A stretch of DNA of 63,958 nucleotides, the filler included, from Octopus bimaculoides (taxonomy: Eukaryota), in assembly GCF_001194135.2 (NCBI RefSeq). It is 10 parts of 10 records of this genome, joined end to end, with 100 filler letters (N's around TTAATTAATTAA, not from the genome) between each part and the next. Parts side by side here need not be neighbours in the genome. Positions count along the whole stretch, not along the records: positions 35,387 to 44,820 come from NC_068997.1; positions 44,921 to 46,582 come from NC_068990.1; positions 46,683 to 48,614 come from NW_026353551.1; 7 more parts are not named here. One strand, 5' to 3'. Under the pieces are notes generated by a model. It had not been told where the DNA came from. It was given only the letters and a program-made list of their open reading frames with translations, and made no database searches. Position numbers and translations under genes: made by a program. Position 1 is the first letter of the stretch. Each line of letters starts with the position of its first letter. This document shows positions 36,884 to 48,370 of the stretch, one piece after another.

Positions 36884-37299
36884 AATGTAAGGCAAGCAAG
36901 TTAGACATCAGATGATGGACTCAATTTACAATCGTTATTTTTTAACCACCAAACCACCACTGTTGGACTCACAAAACTTGTATTCAACCCTTTTAATTCC
37001 TGATATCATTTCTATTCTGTGTAAGTCAAACTTTTTTTATATGTATGTATATGTACATTTTTTGTATACACACACACACACATGCACGCACATGCACAAA
37101 CACACACACATACACGCACATTTTGTATTTGTGTTGTTGTTTCCAGCAGTGTATGTTGTGCTTTCAAGGACAGCTTTCCTTTCTACTTCCAACCCAAAAT
37201 GGCCATCCCATTGCAATAACATCATGGTTTTTCCAGTTTTCTCATTGATATTTCCGTCTTTCTTTAATTTACATCAGCAAAAGATACAAACACCTCCTC

Positions 37300-37590
37300 A
37301 TGTGTGTGCGTGTGTGTGTGTGTGTGTGTGCGTGTGTGTGCAGGTATGGGAGCATGTGTATGCATGTGTGTGTGTGCATGTGTATGCATGTGTGTACATG
37401 TGTGCATGTGTATGCATGTGTGTGTATGTATGTGGGTGTGCATGTGTGCATGCATGTCTGCATACGTGCATGCGCATATATGTATGTGGGTGGGTGGGTG
37501 TATGCATGCATGTGTGTGTATCTGTGTTCATGTACCTGTGTGTGTATGTATGTGTCCATGTGTATCTGTGCATGTGTGTGTGTGTGTTAG
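37300..37590. repeat. Degenerate (GT)/(GCAT) simple-sequence tract
   Basis: Seen directly; it produces the spurious Cys/Val and His/Thr ORFs. Confidence 0.92.
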
Positions 37591-37621
37591 TGTACATTTG
37601 TGCTTTTATCTTTTATTTTTT

Positions 37622-37998
37622 CTCTTTTTATCCTTTTTACTTGTTTCCATCATTGGACTGAGGCCATGCTGGGGCACTTCCATGAAGGGTTCAGTCGAAT
37701 GAATCAACTCCAGTGTTGTTTTTTTTTAAGCATGTCTCTTTTGCTGAACTCCTAAGTTACAGGGATGTAAACAAACCAACACTGGTTATCAAGCAGTGGT
37801 GAGGGACAAGTACATGAACAAAGCCACACACACACTTATCTATGACAGGCTTCTTTCAGTTTCCATCTACCAAATCCACTCACAAGGCTTTGGTCAGCCT
37901 AGGGCTATATTAGAATACAGTGGCCCAAGGTGACACACAGTGGGACTGAACCCAGAACCATGTAGTTGGGAAGCAAACTTCTTACCACACAACCACAC
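37622..37998 (-). mobile_element. SINE family A, near full-length, diverged
   Basis: Both conserved halves are present in reverse orientation. Confidence 0.85.
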
Positions 37999-39098
37999 CT
38001 TCGCCAACATTGTATGTGCAAGACAACAGGCTTCAGTACAGTTTCTGCGAACCAAATTCCATTCATAAGGTATTGGTCAGCTCAAGTTAATTGTAGAAGA
38101 CATTTGCTAATGTGTTGTGCAATGATGCAATTTTTTAAACATGGAGCCCTTGCTGCACTTCAAGGCTCACCTCAAATATACTTTGTTATTTCAATTGCTT
38201 TTCATTATTTCTTCTTATATACAATTAAAAACACTTGAATATCAACAATTACACACGCGCACACACACACACACACACACGCATGTACACAACACACACA
38301 CAATTCTAACATCTAGGTGACCCAGTTAGTGCTGGAGTGGATTATATGAAAACACAAGACAGGGCATAGAACAGGAGTTATCTAGAGAACAGCTTGTCAT
38401 CAGTTGACAACAAAATCTCTCTCCTCTCTGTCTTTCTCTGCAAAAATTCAGGAAGTAGAACAACTGCCAATAAAGAGCCGAGCTGGCTCCAAAGTATGTT
38501 GAAGTATGTTAAAGTAGTGCAGTTAATCAATACTGTTTGGAAATGGAGAGTAACTATCAAATGAAAATGTATCACGAATAATTACTAAATGTTAACTGGG
38601 TTACGTAAAAGAAAATTTGGATCAATGTAATTTGGAACTGAACAAGAAAAGTTAAACCTCAACAATAAATTGGTTGCATGGCCTAACGATTAGGGTGTAG
38701 TGCTCACAATCGTTAGATCATCGGTTTGGTTTCTTAACTGGGTGCCATCAAAACCCTTCGTTTCATGTTGCTCTAGTGTTGTGTGGGGATTGGCGTGTCA
38801 AAGAATAGACCTTAAGTTTCCTCTACATGTCATAAAAAGTGACTAAAAGAGGCTGAGGCAGGATTTGCATTCCAGCCTCACAAAACCCTCACCAGTAACA
38901 ACTCATCAAACAGACCCATGGGCTTGGAAGATTGTGCAAAGGTGTCGTCTGCCAAATGGTGGAGGCAGGGATGTACTGTTACTGCGCATGGCCCCATACT
39001 ACTACTAACAAATTGACAAAAGGTACAGAAGATGGTGTGGGGTCGGGGAATTCTATATGAATAAATAGAATTTAACCATTTAATATTGAAATTGGTAA

Positions 39099-39322
39099 AA
39101 GGTGGCGAGCTGGCAGAAATGTTAGCACACTGGGTGAAATGCTTAGTGGCATTTCATCTGTCTTTACATTCTGAGTTCAAATTCCGCCGAGGTCAACTTT
39201 GCCTTTCATCCTTTCGGGGTCGATAAATTAAGTACCAGTGACGCACTGGGGGTCGATGTAATCGACTGCCCCGCCCTCACCCCAAAATTTCAGGCCTTGA
39301 GCCTAGAGTAGAAAAGAATATT
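39099..39322 (+). mobile_element. SINE family B, well-preserved copy
   Basis: AAGGTGGCGAGCTGGCAGAAATGTTAGCAC...TTCTGAGTTCAAATTCCGCCGAGGTCAACTTTGCCTTTCATCCTTTCGGGGTCGATAAATTAAGTACCAG. The central domain resembles the Meta-type SINE domain as I recall it; not verified. Confidence 0.92.
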
Positions 39323-39420
39323 GAAACTGGTAAAATCAAGACACAATTATAATTAAAATGTACAATTAATTGGAAGCATGTTAAATGAAACCTTATTAAT
39401 GCATCTCAAAATAAAACATA

Positions 39421-39572
39421 TGTGGCTGTGTGGTAAGAAGTTTTTTTCCCAACCACATGGTCATAGGTTCAGTCCCACTGCATGGCACCTTCAGCAAGTG
39501 TCTTTTACTGAAGTCTCAATCCCACCAAAGCCTTGTGAGTGGATTTGATAGACAGGAGCTGAAAAAGCCCCA
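39421..39572 (+). mobile_element. SINE family A 5' half
   Basis: GTGGCTGTGTGGTAAGAAG...GGTTCAGTCCCACTG...CCAAAGCCTTGTGAGTGGATTTG. Confidence 0.85.
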
Positions 39573-39589
39573 TCATATATACATATATC

Positions 39590-40113
39590 ATCACCGTCAC
39601 CATTTTCCATGCTGGCATGGGTTGGACAGTTTGACTGGAGCTGGTAAGGCTGCACGAGGCTCCATTGTTTGTTTTGACTTGGTTCCTACACTTGGATGCC
39701 CTTCCAAATGCCAACCTCTCAGTAAAGTGTACTGAGTGCTTTTCATGAGACACATATGAATGTCACTATAATGTAACACTGACGTCTATATACATATATC
39801 CGTATATATTTATATATAGTGTGATCGTTGCTAGTGCCGTCTGACTGAATCCCATGCCGGTGGCACGTAAAAAGCACCATTCGTGTGTGGTCAATGCCAA
39901 TACCGCCTGACTGGCCCTTGCGCTGGTGGCACATAAAAAGCACCCACTACACTCTCAGAGTGGTTGGTATTAGGAAGGGCATCCAGCTGTAGAAACTTTG
40001 CCATATCAGATTGGAGCCTGGTGCAGCTGCCTGGCTTGCCAGTCCTCAGTCAAACTGTCCAACCCATGCCAGCATGGAAAGTGGACGTTAAACGACGGTG
40101 ATGATAATGATGA
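39590..40113. mobile_element. Two family D copies in inverted orientation (~39590-39742 minus, ~39822-40113 plus)
   Basis: TTTCCATGCTGGCATGGGTTGGACAGTTTGACTG (~39604) and its exact reverse complement CAGTCAAACTGTCCAACCCATGCCAGCATGGAAA (~40048). Confidence 0.85.
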
Positions 40114-40446
40114 TGGTCTAAGATGCAGGGACTGAGGTGTAGGAAGTAAATTAGCTTCAAGCAATTTGTAGTAAATATAAAAAACAACTTCCAGGAACAA
40201 TAATGGTTTATTGAGACGGAAGGTTGTGCATTTTTTTCAAATCAAAGAACGGTAAATTGAAAAAAGTTCTTTTTATATTTCATGGCAAGTGACCAGGGCT
40301 GCCGGGTGTATGAATATCTTCAGCTTGAAGAGTTACCTGGAGGATACACCTCACCTGGATATTTACCACTTCTGAGATTCTGCTCACGATGAAACATATG
40401 TAGCCCAGACCTTATCTACTCCATTCCATGACTCTTGGATCATTAA

Positions 40447-40875
40447 TCATCATCATCATCGTTTAACGTCCACTTTCCATGCTAGCATGGGTTGGACAAT
40501 TTGACTGAGGACTGGTGAAACCAGATGGCTACACCAGGCTCCAATCTGATTTGGCAGAGTTTCTACAGCTGGATGCCCTTCCTAACACCAACCACTCCGA
40601 GAGTGTAGTGGATGCTTTTACGTGCCACCGGCACGAAGGCCAGTCAGGCGGTACTGGCGACGGCCATGCTCGAAATGGTGTATTTTACGTGCCACCTGCA
40701 CAGGAGCCAGTCCATTGGCACTGGCAACGATCTCGCTCGAATGTCTTTTCACGTGCCACTGGTACAAGTGCCAGGGAGGCGATGTTGGTAACGATCACGC
40801 TGGTGCTATTTACATGCCACCGGCATGGAAGCCAGGCAGCTTGCTCTGGCAACGATCTCGCTCAGACGGTGCTCT
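40447..40875 (-). mobile_element. Family D copy with about four internal ~60-66 bp minisatellite units
   Basis: Units anchored on TT(T)ACGTGCCACC...CTGGC.AC.G.C..GCTC. Confidence 0.87.
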
Positions 40876-40961
40876 TAGTTGTTATTGTTGTTGTTGCTGA
40901 GAGAGAAATTGACGAAAGAGACAGAAAGTATATGTGCATGTGTGTGAAAGATGGATGGATG

Positions 40962-41003
<42 letters not shown>

Positions 41004-41870
41004 TTGCTGTCACCAAAGTAACTAACAAGACTTTCACTATATAACAGTCTCCTATTAAAAAAAGGTACATACATGATCAACAGGTATTTTTACAGGCAGC
41101 GTAGTGACAGATAAAGACCTAGTCCTTAATAAATTGGAACTGACACATTTTTAAATTTTTGAAAACACCAAATACTTTGAAATGTGCAAATGAGAAATAG
41201 AATATTTTTATAAACAAAGAAAATAAATTAGTTGTAAACCCACTCTTTTGACTCCAATCAGTTTCTGATTTTTAGAAAAATTCAAGTTTTAATTATTTAT
41301 TTATTTATTTATTCACAGAATGCGAATCTAAGGTTCAAAACATAAAAATCTGAAAACCATTCTTTAAGGCTTAAAAATATAGGTTAGAGAAGGTTTTTAA
41401 AATCTAGGCCAAAATTAATAGGAATTGAAATTGTAGAATATATCCCAAGACAAAAGAATGTGCAGATCATTAACTTTTCCCAAAAGCATTGAAAACAATC
41501 AAAGAATAAAGAATATTGATATATTCTGCCTTCATAAAATGAAGATCTACACGAAAAATTTATGTTTAGTAAGAACAAAAGAAAATGTGACTTATTTGTT
41601 TTCAGTATGCTTTAATCTTCATAATTATAAATAAATCAAGTATTCTATAAAGAATTATTTCAGTAAACAAGCATTTTCTTTTTTAATTCAACAGTAATTT
41701 TTTACGTCACTAAAACATTGACTTCAAAAATACTAAATGTATGGGTGTGTGTGTGAAATTGTTCAGCTCAAGTGATTCCCAGAGGGCCCTTGACCCAAGT
41801 TCAAATTTTATGAAGTAGACTAACCTTTCAAAATCCTGGATTCTGTGGTGAGAAAATTCATTTAAATAAA

Positions 41871-42060
41871 AGTGATTCTCAAGTGGAGTTCATGTGACCC
41901 TTGCTGGGGCCATACAAGATTTTGTTGAAATTTATCTGCAATAAATTGGTTCTACTTTCACAATACACAAAATATTTTAACAGTCTTTTTTATGTAATTC
42001 TTTCATAAGTAAAATAGAAATTAAAGGGATTCATGGGTAAAAATTGGTTGAGAACCACAG
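41871..42060. mobile_element. Possible small hAT-type MITE
   Basis: Ends are AGTGATTCTCAA and TTGAGAACCACAG, imperfect short TIRs. No clean TSD. Confidence 0.35.
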
Positions 42061-42070
42061 AAATAAAGAC

Positions 42071-43070
42071 GGCATAACTACAGAGTTCTACCCCCCAGAC
42101 TTTGGAAGGTCATAACTTTCAGAAAAATGAATATTTTGTAATGAAATTTTCTATGCATATAGTATTTACTATGTAGAATCCGAATATACAAGAATTTCCG
42201 GTGAAAGTGTTTTGGAATGGGGGTGGGGGTCAATTTTCGGAAATTCCAACAGNNNNNNNNNNNNNNNNNNNNNNNNNNNNNNNNNNNNNNNNNNNNNNNN
42301 NNNNNNNNNNNNNNNNNNNNNNNNNNNNNNNNNNNNNNNNNNNNNNNNNNNNNNNNNNNNNNNNNNNNNNNNNNNNNNNNNNNNNNNNNNNNNNNNNNNN
42401 NNNNNNNNNNNNNNNNNNNNNNNNNNNNNNNNNNNNNNNNNNNNNNNNNNNNNNNNNNNNNNNNNNNNNNNNNNNNNNNNNNNNNNNNNNNNNNNNNNNN
42501 NNNNNNNNNNNNNNNNNNNNNNNNNNNNNNNNNNNNNNNNNNNNNNNNNNNNNNNNNNNNNNNNNNNNNNNNNNNNNNNNNNNNNNNNNNNNNNNNNNNN
42601 NNNNNNNNNNNNNNNNNNNNNNNNNNNNNNNNNNNNNNNNNNNNNNNNNNNNNNNNNNNNNNNNNNNNNNNNNNNNNNNNNNNNNNNNNNNNNNNNNNNN
42701 NNNNNNNNNNNNNNNNNNNNNNNNNNNNNNNNNNNNNNNNNNNNNNNNNNNNNNNNNNNNNNNNNNNNNNNNNNNNNNNNNNNNNNNNNNNNNNNNNNNN
42801 NNNNNNTACATACATCAAGGTATATTTGTAGAAAATTTCACGAAAAAAATATTTATTTTCCTAGAAGTTAAGAGGAATTTAAGTGGACTGTTGGAATTTC
42901 CGAAAATTGTCCCCCACCCCCCATTCCAAAACATTTTCACCGGAAATTCTTGTATATTCGGATTCTACATAGTAAATACTATATGCATAGAAAATTTCAT
43001 TACAAAATATTCATTTTTCTGAAAGTTATGACCTTCCAAAGTCTGTGGGGTAGAACTCTGTAGTTATGCC
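42071..43070. mobile_element. MITE with ~180-bp terminal inverted repeats and an 8-bp TSD (interior largely a gap)
   Basis: 42071-42252 (GGCATAACTACAGAGTTCTACCCC...GGAAATTCCAACAG) is a near-perfect reverse complement of ~42888-43070. The direct repeat ATAAAGAC lies at 42063-42070 and 43071-43078. Confidence 0.92.
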
Positions 43071-43402
43071 ATAAAGACATCCAACCTTGACAGTGAAAAT
43101 GTTGGGAAGAATTGGTTTAGTTATAAAAAAAAAAAACACACAACTTTTCATGATATTTTTTTTTAATAAATCAAGCATTCTATTTTGTTATGGGAAGATG
43201 TTTTTGTTTATTTTTTTTTGTTTAACTATATTATGGACAACAAAAGTGATTTTGCCTATCTACCATTAATTGTTTCTCTAAATAACGGAGAATTGGTTTA
43301 ATTTTGTCTCCTTCAATTGTCATTTTATAAAATATAAGAAGAATTCAATGCCATCTGTCTTTTTTTTATGGCTGTGAAAAATAGTTTTTGTTACATTATT
43401 TT

Positions 43403-43933
43403 CTATGGACAGAAACTTGTATCGCAGCCAACGTTATGTAGAACTTTTGCTCTGGTGTTGTTTTGAATGACAACATCAACTCTATCGAATTCAACCCCAT
43501 AACGATCAGCTTTATGAACTTCAATGGTTATATTGTGTGGGCCTGATTCAATGTCATAAACGTTATTCTGCAGTAAATTGCTTGACGGTACCATCCTGTT
43601 GGACATGGAATGTGTTTGGAAAGTTCCAATTTCAATAGCATCAGTGTAAAAGTTGACAATATCTTCGTCACCATCATTTGAATAAACGACATTAACACTT
43701 TGAATAGTTATGTCATTCAATGCACAGAAACACAAATGTATTTTCTCACCTTCATGCATCCAGACAGTTTCTTGCATCGATGCTGCAGAACGGGGATGGA
43801 CAGGATATTTGATTTGGGATTCGAAATATTCCGCTTCAACTGAAAAAGAGACTTCAAAGTCTGTAATTTGAGCCCAGGCAATGACAAGCTGAGAAAAGAT
43901 AAAACCCACAAAAACAGTATGATGAGCTCCCAT
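43403..43933 (-). CDS. Putative secreted CBM6/CBM35-like carbohydrate-binding beta-sandwich protein (176 aa, single coding exon)
   Basis: The only long stop-free ORF in non-repetitive sequence. ATG at 43933 has a strong context (AAGATGG). It has a hydrophobic signal-peptide-like N-terminus (MGAHHTVFVGFIFSQLVIAWA-QI) and the ordered motifs VEAE, RSAAS..TVWM, YSNDG, GPHNITI and GVEFDRVDV. AATAAA lies on the minus strand at 43207-43212. The family assignment is by motif recognition only. Confidence 0.8.
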   Translation of the reverse strand: MGAHHTVFVGFIFSQLVIAWAQITDFEVSFSVEAEYFESQIKYPVHPRSAASMQETVWMHEGEKIHLCFCALNDITIQSVNVVYSNDGDEDIVNFYTDAIEIGTFQTHSMSNRMVPSSNLLQNNVYDIESGPHNITIEVHKADRYGVEFDRVDVVIQNNTRAKVLHNVGCDTSFCP

Positions 43934-44420
43934 CTTCAGTAGTTTTGTCTGAAGTGTCAAAAGGCTTCCTGCAACTTCAAAAGGCGTTGTTGATTTGCTG
44001 TCTGTATTTCCAGTTAGACCAGTTAACAATCAAAATATACCTTTCTTGATGTATGTATAAACATGTTTCATTATTTCTTCCGTCAAAAGGGTGCATTTAA
44101 GTTGCATTTTCTGTTAATGACTGGTATCAGTTAGCATGGCAGGTCAAAGGGTATCAGACTGTTACAAAAGATTGTAGTTGGTGAACAGCTAAAATTTTGT
44201 TCTTGTTGATTTCATTTTTGTCATTGTTTTCCTTTTTGCTGTTGTTTTATTTTATTTTCATTGTTATTATTGCCATTGTTGTTTTTCACAATAACTGAAT
44301 ATTGTTTAGAATAAAAATAGTGTTTTTTCATGTGATACATAGAGCTTCAAGCTGACATAGAGCATTTTATCTATAGTTCCATAAAACTTATGCTACAAGA
44401 AGTATACATAGAAAATCTAC

Positions 44421-44820
44421 ACATCATCATCATTGTTTAACGTCCGCTTTCCATGCTAGTATGGGTTGGATGGTTTGACTGAGGACTGGCAAGCCAGGCA
44501 GCTGCACCAGGTTCCAATCTGATCTGGCAAAGTTTCTACAGCTGGATGCCCTTCCTAACACCAACCACTCTGAGAGTGTAGTGGGTGCTTTTTATGTGCC
44601 ATTGCACAGGAGCCAGTCAAGCGGGGCTGGCATCGATCACATTCAGATGGTGCTTTTTACGTGCCACCAGCATGGGAGCCAGTCAGGCGGTACTGGCAAT
44701 GGCCATGCTTGGATGGTGCTTTTTACGTGCCACCAGCACGGGAGCCGATCAAGTGACACTGGCAATGACCACACTCAAATGGTGCTTTTTACATGCCACC
44801 GGCACTGGTATCGACCATGC
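44421..44820 (-). mobile_element. Family D copy with about 3.5 internal minisatellite units, truncated by a gap
   Basis: CATCATCATCATTGTTTAACGTCC...; repeated GGTGCTTTTTACGTGCCACC units. Confidence 0.88.
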
Positions 44821-45465
44821 NNNNNNNNNNNNNNNNNNNNNNNNNNNNNNNNNNNNNNNNNNNNTTAATTAATTAANNNNNNNNNNNNNNNNNNNNNNNN
44901 NNNNNNNNNNNNNNNNNNNNATATGTTCAATTTATACTTCTTTGAACGATAACATGTCCAGGCATTCGGATCTAGAATTAGAAAATCCAGTAGAACAATA
45001 TCTGTTTTGCCGGAACCCCAGACAAAATATCTGGCAGGAAGATATAGTTCTTGAAAATATAGAATCTATTGGTGGAGATAATTTGAACTGCATAATGTTT
45101 CCAGATTCTAACTATTCCATCTTAACGACTGATCGATTCTTAGGAATGCTGTTGTGCCATACGGTTTATCACGGGCATCTAATTCTTAAAGAGCCCATCT
45201 CTCTTTTGGTGTGACGACAGGAGGAGATAGAGTAAAAAAGATAAAAGTGACACCAGTATTTTATTTATCGAACCCGAAGGAATAAAAGGTGAAGTTGACT
45301 TCTTCGGAATTTGAACTCAAAAGATATCGTATCTTTAACGGCTATGTTGACAAAAGTCATTTAGTAAAGTTGGCAGATTTGGTTAATTAGTCTGTCACGG
45401 AGAATGAATTTTCAATTCAATTCCTTTGTTGGAAACAACAGTTTATTTTTTAAATATTGACGATA

Positions 45466-45653
45466 ATATTGATTTCAAATTTTGGCACAAGGCCAGCAAC
45501 TTCGGGAGAAGGAGTTCAATCGATTATATCGACACCAGTACACAACTGGTACTTATTTCATCGATCCCGGCATTTGAACTCAGAACATAAAGACGGTCGA
45601 ATAGCGCTAAGCATTTTGCCCGGCGTGCTAACGATTCTGACAGCTCGTCACCT
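45466..45653 (-). mobile_element. SINE family B copy with internal deletion
   Basis: TTTCAAATTTTGGCACAAGGCCAGCAA...GGTACTTATTTCATCGATCCC...GTGCTAACGATTCTG. Confidence 0.8.
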
Positions 45654-46252
45654 TAATTTATGGCAATATTGAGACTCCATGCATTTGTGCATAATGAAAA
45701 GATATGTAGGAGATAGGCCAAGGAAGAGAAAATGATGTAAACTGATAGGATGGGTGTTAGCAGAGTTCCTAGAAGAATTTATTAACTAAATTGCAAGGAG
45801 ATCTGGAGAAATCAACATTTCTGATTATTGCTGGTCGTCTGCGAGCAAGAAGGATGGAGAAGGCGGCTTTGCTGGTTGGCGACGAACAGTAAAAAAATGC
45901 TGAATGTCCGTAGGCAGAGTGTGGAAAAGAGTGTATGAATGAGAGAAGGAACATTAATGAGTTAAATAGAAGGTAAATGTAAGAAACTTCTATGTATGTA
46001 CGTATGTGTGTATGTATGTATATACGTACATCTAAATACACAAACACACACATACAGACTCACAGATACACACACACACACACACATATATATGATTGCT
46101 TTCTCGAGGCAGTCTGGCGAATGCAATTACACCGAAACTTCGAGTAACTGTCAAAACTTCGTTTTAAAAATAATGAGCTTATACTGTTGGGTATCGATTG
46201 ACCATTCAATTGATGTTTGATCGCTTTTATATTTTTTTATACAACACTACAT

Positions 46253-46305
<53 letters not shown>

Positions 46306-46682
46306 CCATACCAAAAAATAGAACACAGACACTCTAACAGTTACTTCGAAAACATAACTTCTTCTACGACCGCTTCAATAACGACCACGAACGTTAACAA
46401 CCACATAATTATAAATAAATGCTAAAATCATTTCATTAAAGAGGTAATTATAATTAGTATAATACGTAGGTGTCGTTTCGTCAGGGGCGTTTTTTTTTCC
46501 TCAAAATATTAAAATCTCGATTATCGCAGGAGTGGCTGTGTGGTAAGTAGCTTGCTTACCAACTACATGGTTCCGGGTTCAGNNNNNNNNNNNNNNNNNN
46601 NNNNNNNNNNNNNNNNNNNNNNNNNNTTAATTAATTAANNNNNNNNNNNNNNNNNNNNNNNNNNNNNNNNNNNNNNNNNNNN

Positions 46683-46746
<64 letters not shown>

Positions 46747-46973
46747 TCTATTATTGTGGTAATATGGTATGGGAAACAGGGTGAAGACGAGCGGTCGGAG
46801 CAAAGCCATTCTCTAAAGTGTCCTTGCTTTTATTTAAGACAATGGAGGCTGCTACACAGCCAGGGGGTGAATCTCGACTGTTATTTATAGTATGTCAAGT
46901 TATGCCTTTCCATGTATGAGAGAGCCATTCCCAAACCCAGAAACAACGATTCCATTGTGTTGTAGGATGTCAA

Positions 46974-47004
<31 letters not shown>

Positions 47005-47013
47005 TGTATGTGT

Positions 47014-47394
47014 GGAGGCGCAATGGCCCAGTGGTTAGGGCAGCGGACTCGCGGTCATAGGATCGCGGTTTCGATTCCCAGACCGGGCGCTGTGAGTGTT
47101 TATTGAGCGAAAACACCTAAAGCTCTATGAGGCTCCGGCAGGGGATGGTGGCGAACCCTGCTGTACTCTTCCACCACAACCTTCTCTCACTCTTACTTCG
47201 TGTTTCTGTTGTGCCTGTATTTCAAAGGGTCAGCCTTGTCACACTCTGTGTCACGCTGAATGTCCCTGAGAACTACGTTAAGGGTACACGTATCTGTGGA
47301 GTGCTCAGCCACTTGCACGTTAATTTCACGAGCAGGCTGTTCCGTTGATCGGATCAACTGGAACCCTCGACGTCGTAACCGACGGAGTGCCAAC
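47014..47394 (+). mobile_element. SINE family C, full-length young copy
   Basis: GGAGGCGCAATGGCCCAGTGGTTAGGGCAGCGGACTCGCGG...GTTTCGATTCCCAGACC...; ends CGTCGTAACCGACGGAGTGCCAAC. Confidence 0.93.
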
Positions 47395-48370
47395 CAGTAA
47401 ATCCATAATATTCTTCAAGCCATTGGAGAAAACTTAACTTGACTACATTGTAGTTTTCTCTCGTTACACTTTTATTTATCATCAGAACCGTTCCTACAGT
47501 CATTGGCATATGAGATGTGAACAGCCAGCTTTTCTGTGATATGGTGATGTGATAACAGACAGCGGTTCCTACCAGACTGCACTTGTTGAACCTGCTCTGT
47601 TATCGCTCGTACTTTCATAGTCGTCGTTGAAGGGATCTGCTATCTTTTATCATTGTTTGTTTCAATCATTGGACTGCGGCCATGCTGGGGTACCACCTTG
47701 AGGGAGTTTTGGGTCAAATGGATCAACTCCAGTATTTAATTGTTTTGCTAACCCTGGTACTTGTTCTATCGGTCTCATTTGTCAAACTGCTAAGTTACAC
47801 GAACGTAAAACTCACCAACACCCGTAGTATAGTGGTGGTGGGACGCGCGCACACACACACACATTCTTTATTTGTGAAGTAAGCCCATCGTATATGTGCG
47901 TGCGTGCGTGCGTGCGTGTGTGTGTGTGTGTGTGTGCTTGTGTGTGTGTTAGTTGTATGTGTGTGCTTCTGTGTATATATGAATCCAAGTATGTTTGAGT
48001 GTATGTTTAAGTTTGTGTACGTATATTTCAATTTGTGTATGCGTGTATATGTCTGTGTGTGTGCATGTTTGCTCATTGGTGTGGGTAGAAGTGTGTTTGA
48101 GATTGCGTGTTTGTGTATATGTATGTCTATGTTTGTGAATGTAAGCGTATATGTGTGCGTGTGTTTTTGTTTGTGTGAGTGTTTCTATGTCTGCGTTAGT
48201 CTAAGAGCATAAACTTCAAAATTCGTGACTCTTTTGTCCTTCTTTATTCTCAAGTTTTTATATTCATGTATATAAATAACTATTTTCACACTTATACACA
48301 CTTAGAGCACATATACACACATGTATACATGCATACGTGTATGCGTGTGTAGGTATATACATATATATAG

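Noticed and set aside
40600-40875. CRISPR-like repeat/spacer appearance of family D units (also 44585-44820 and 59150-59245)
   Set aside because: The intervening sequences are homologous to each other rather than unique spacers, the arrays lie inside SINE-like elements, there are no cas genes, and the DNA is eukaryotic.
43934-44029. 32-residue N-terminal extension of the CBM-like ORF in the supplied track
   Set aside because: It starts at TTG. The ATG at 43933 has a strong context and directly precedes the signal peptide, and candidate splice acceptors lie within the extension.
44942-45214. 90-aa ORF starting at TTG beside a gap
   Set aside because: No recognisable motif or splice support; the length is compatible with chance.
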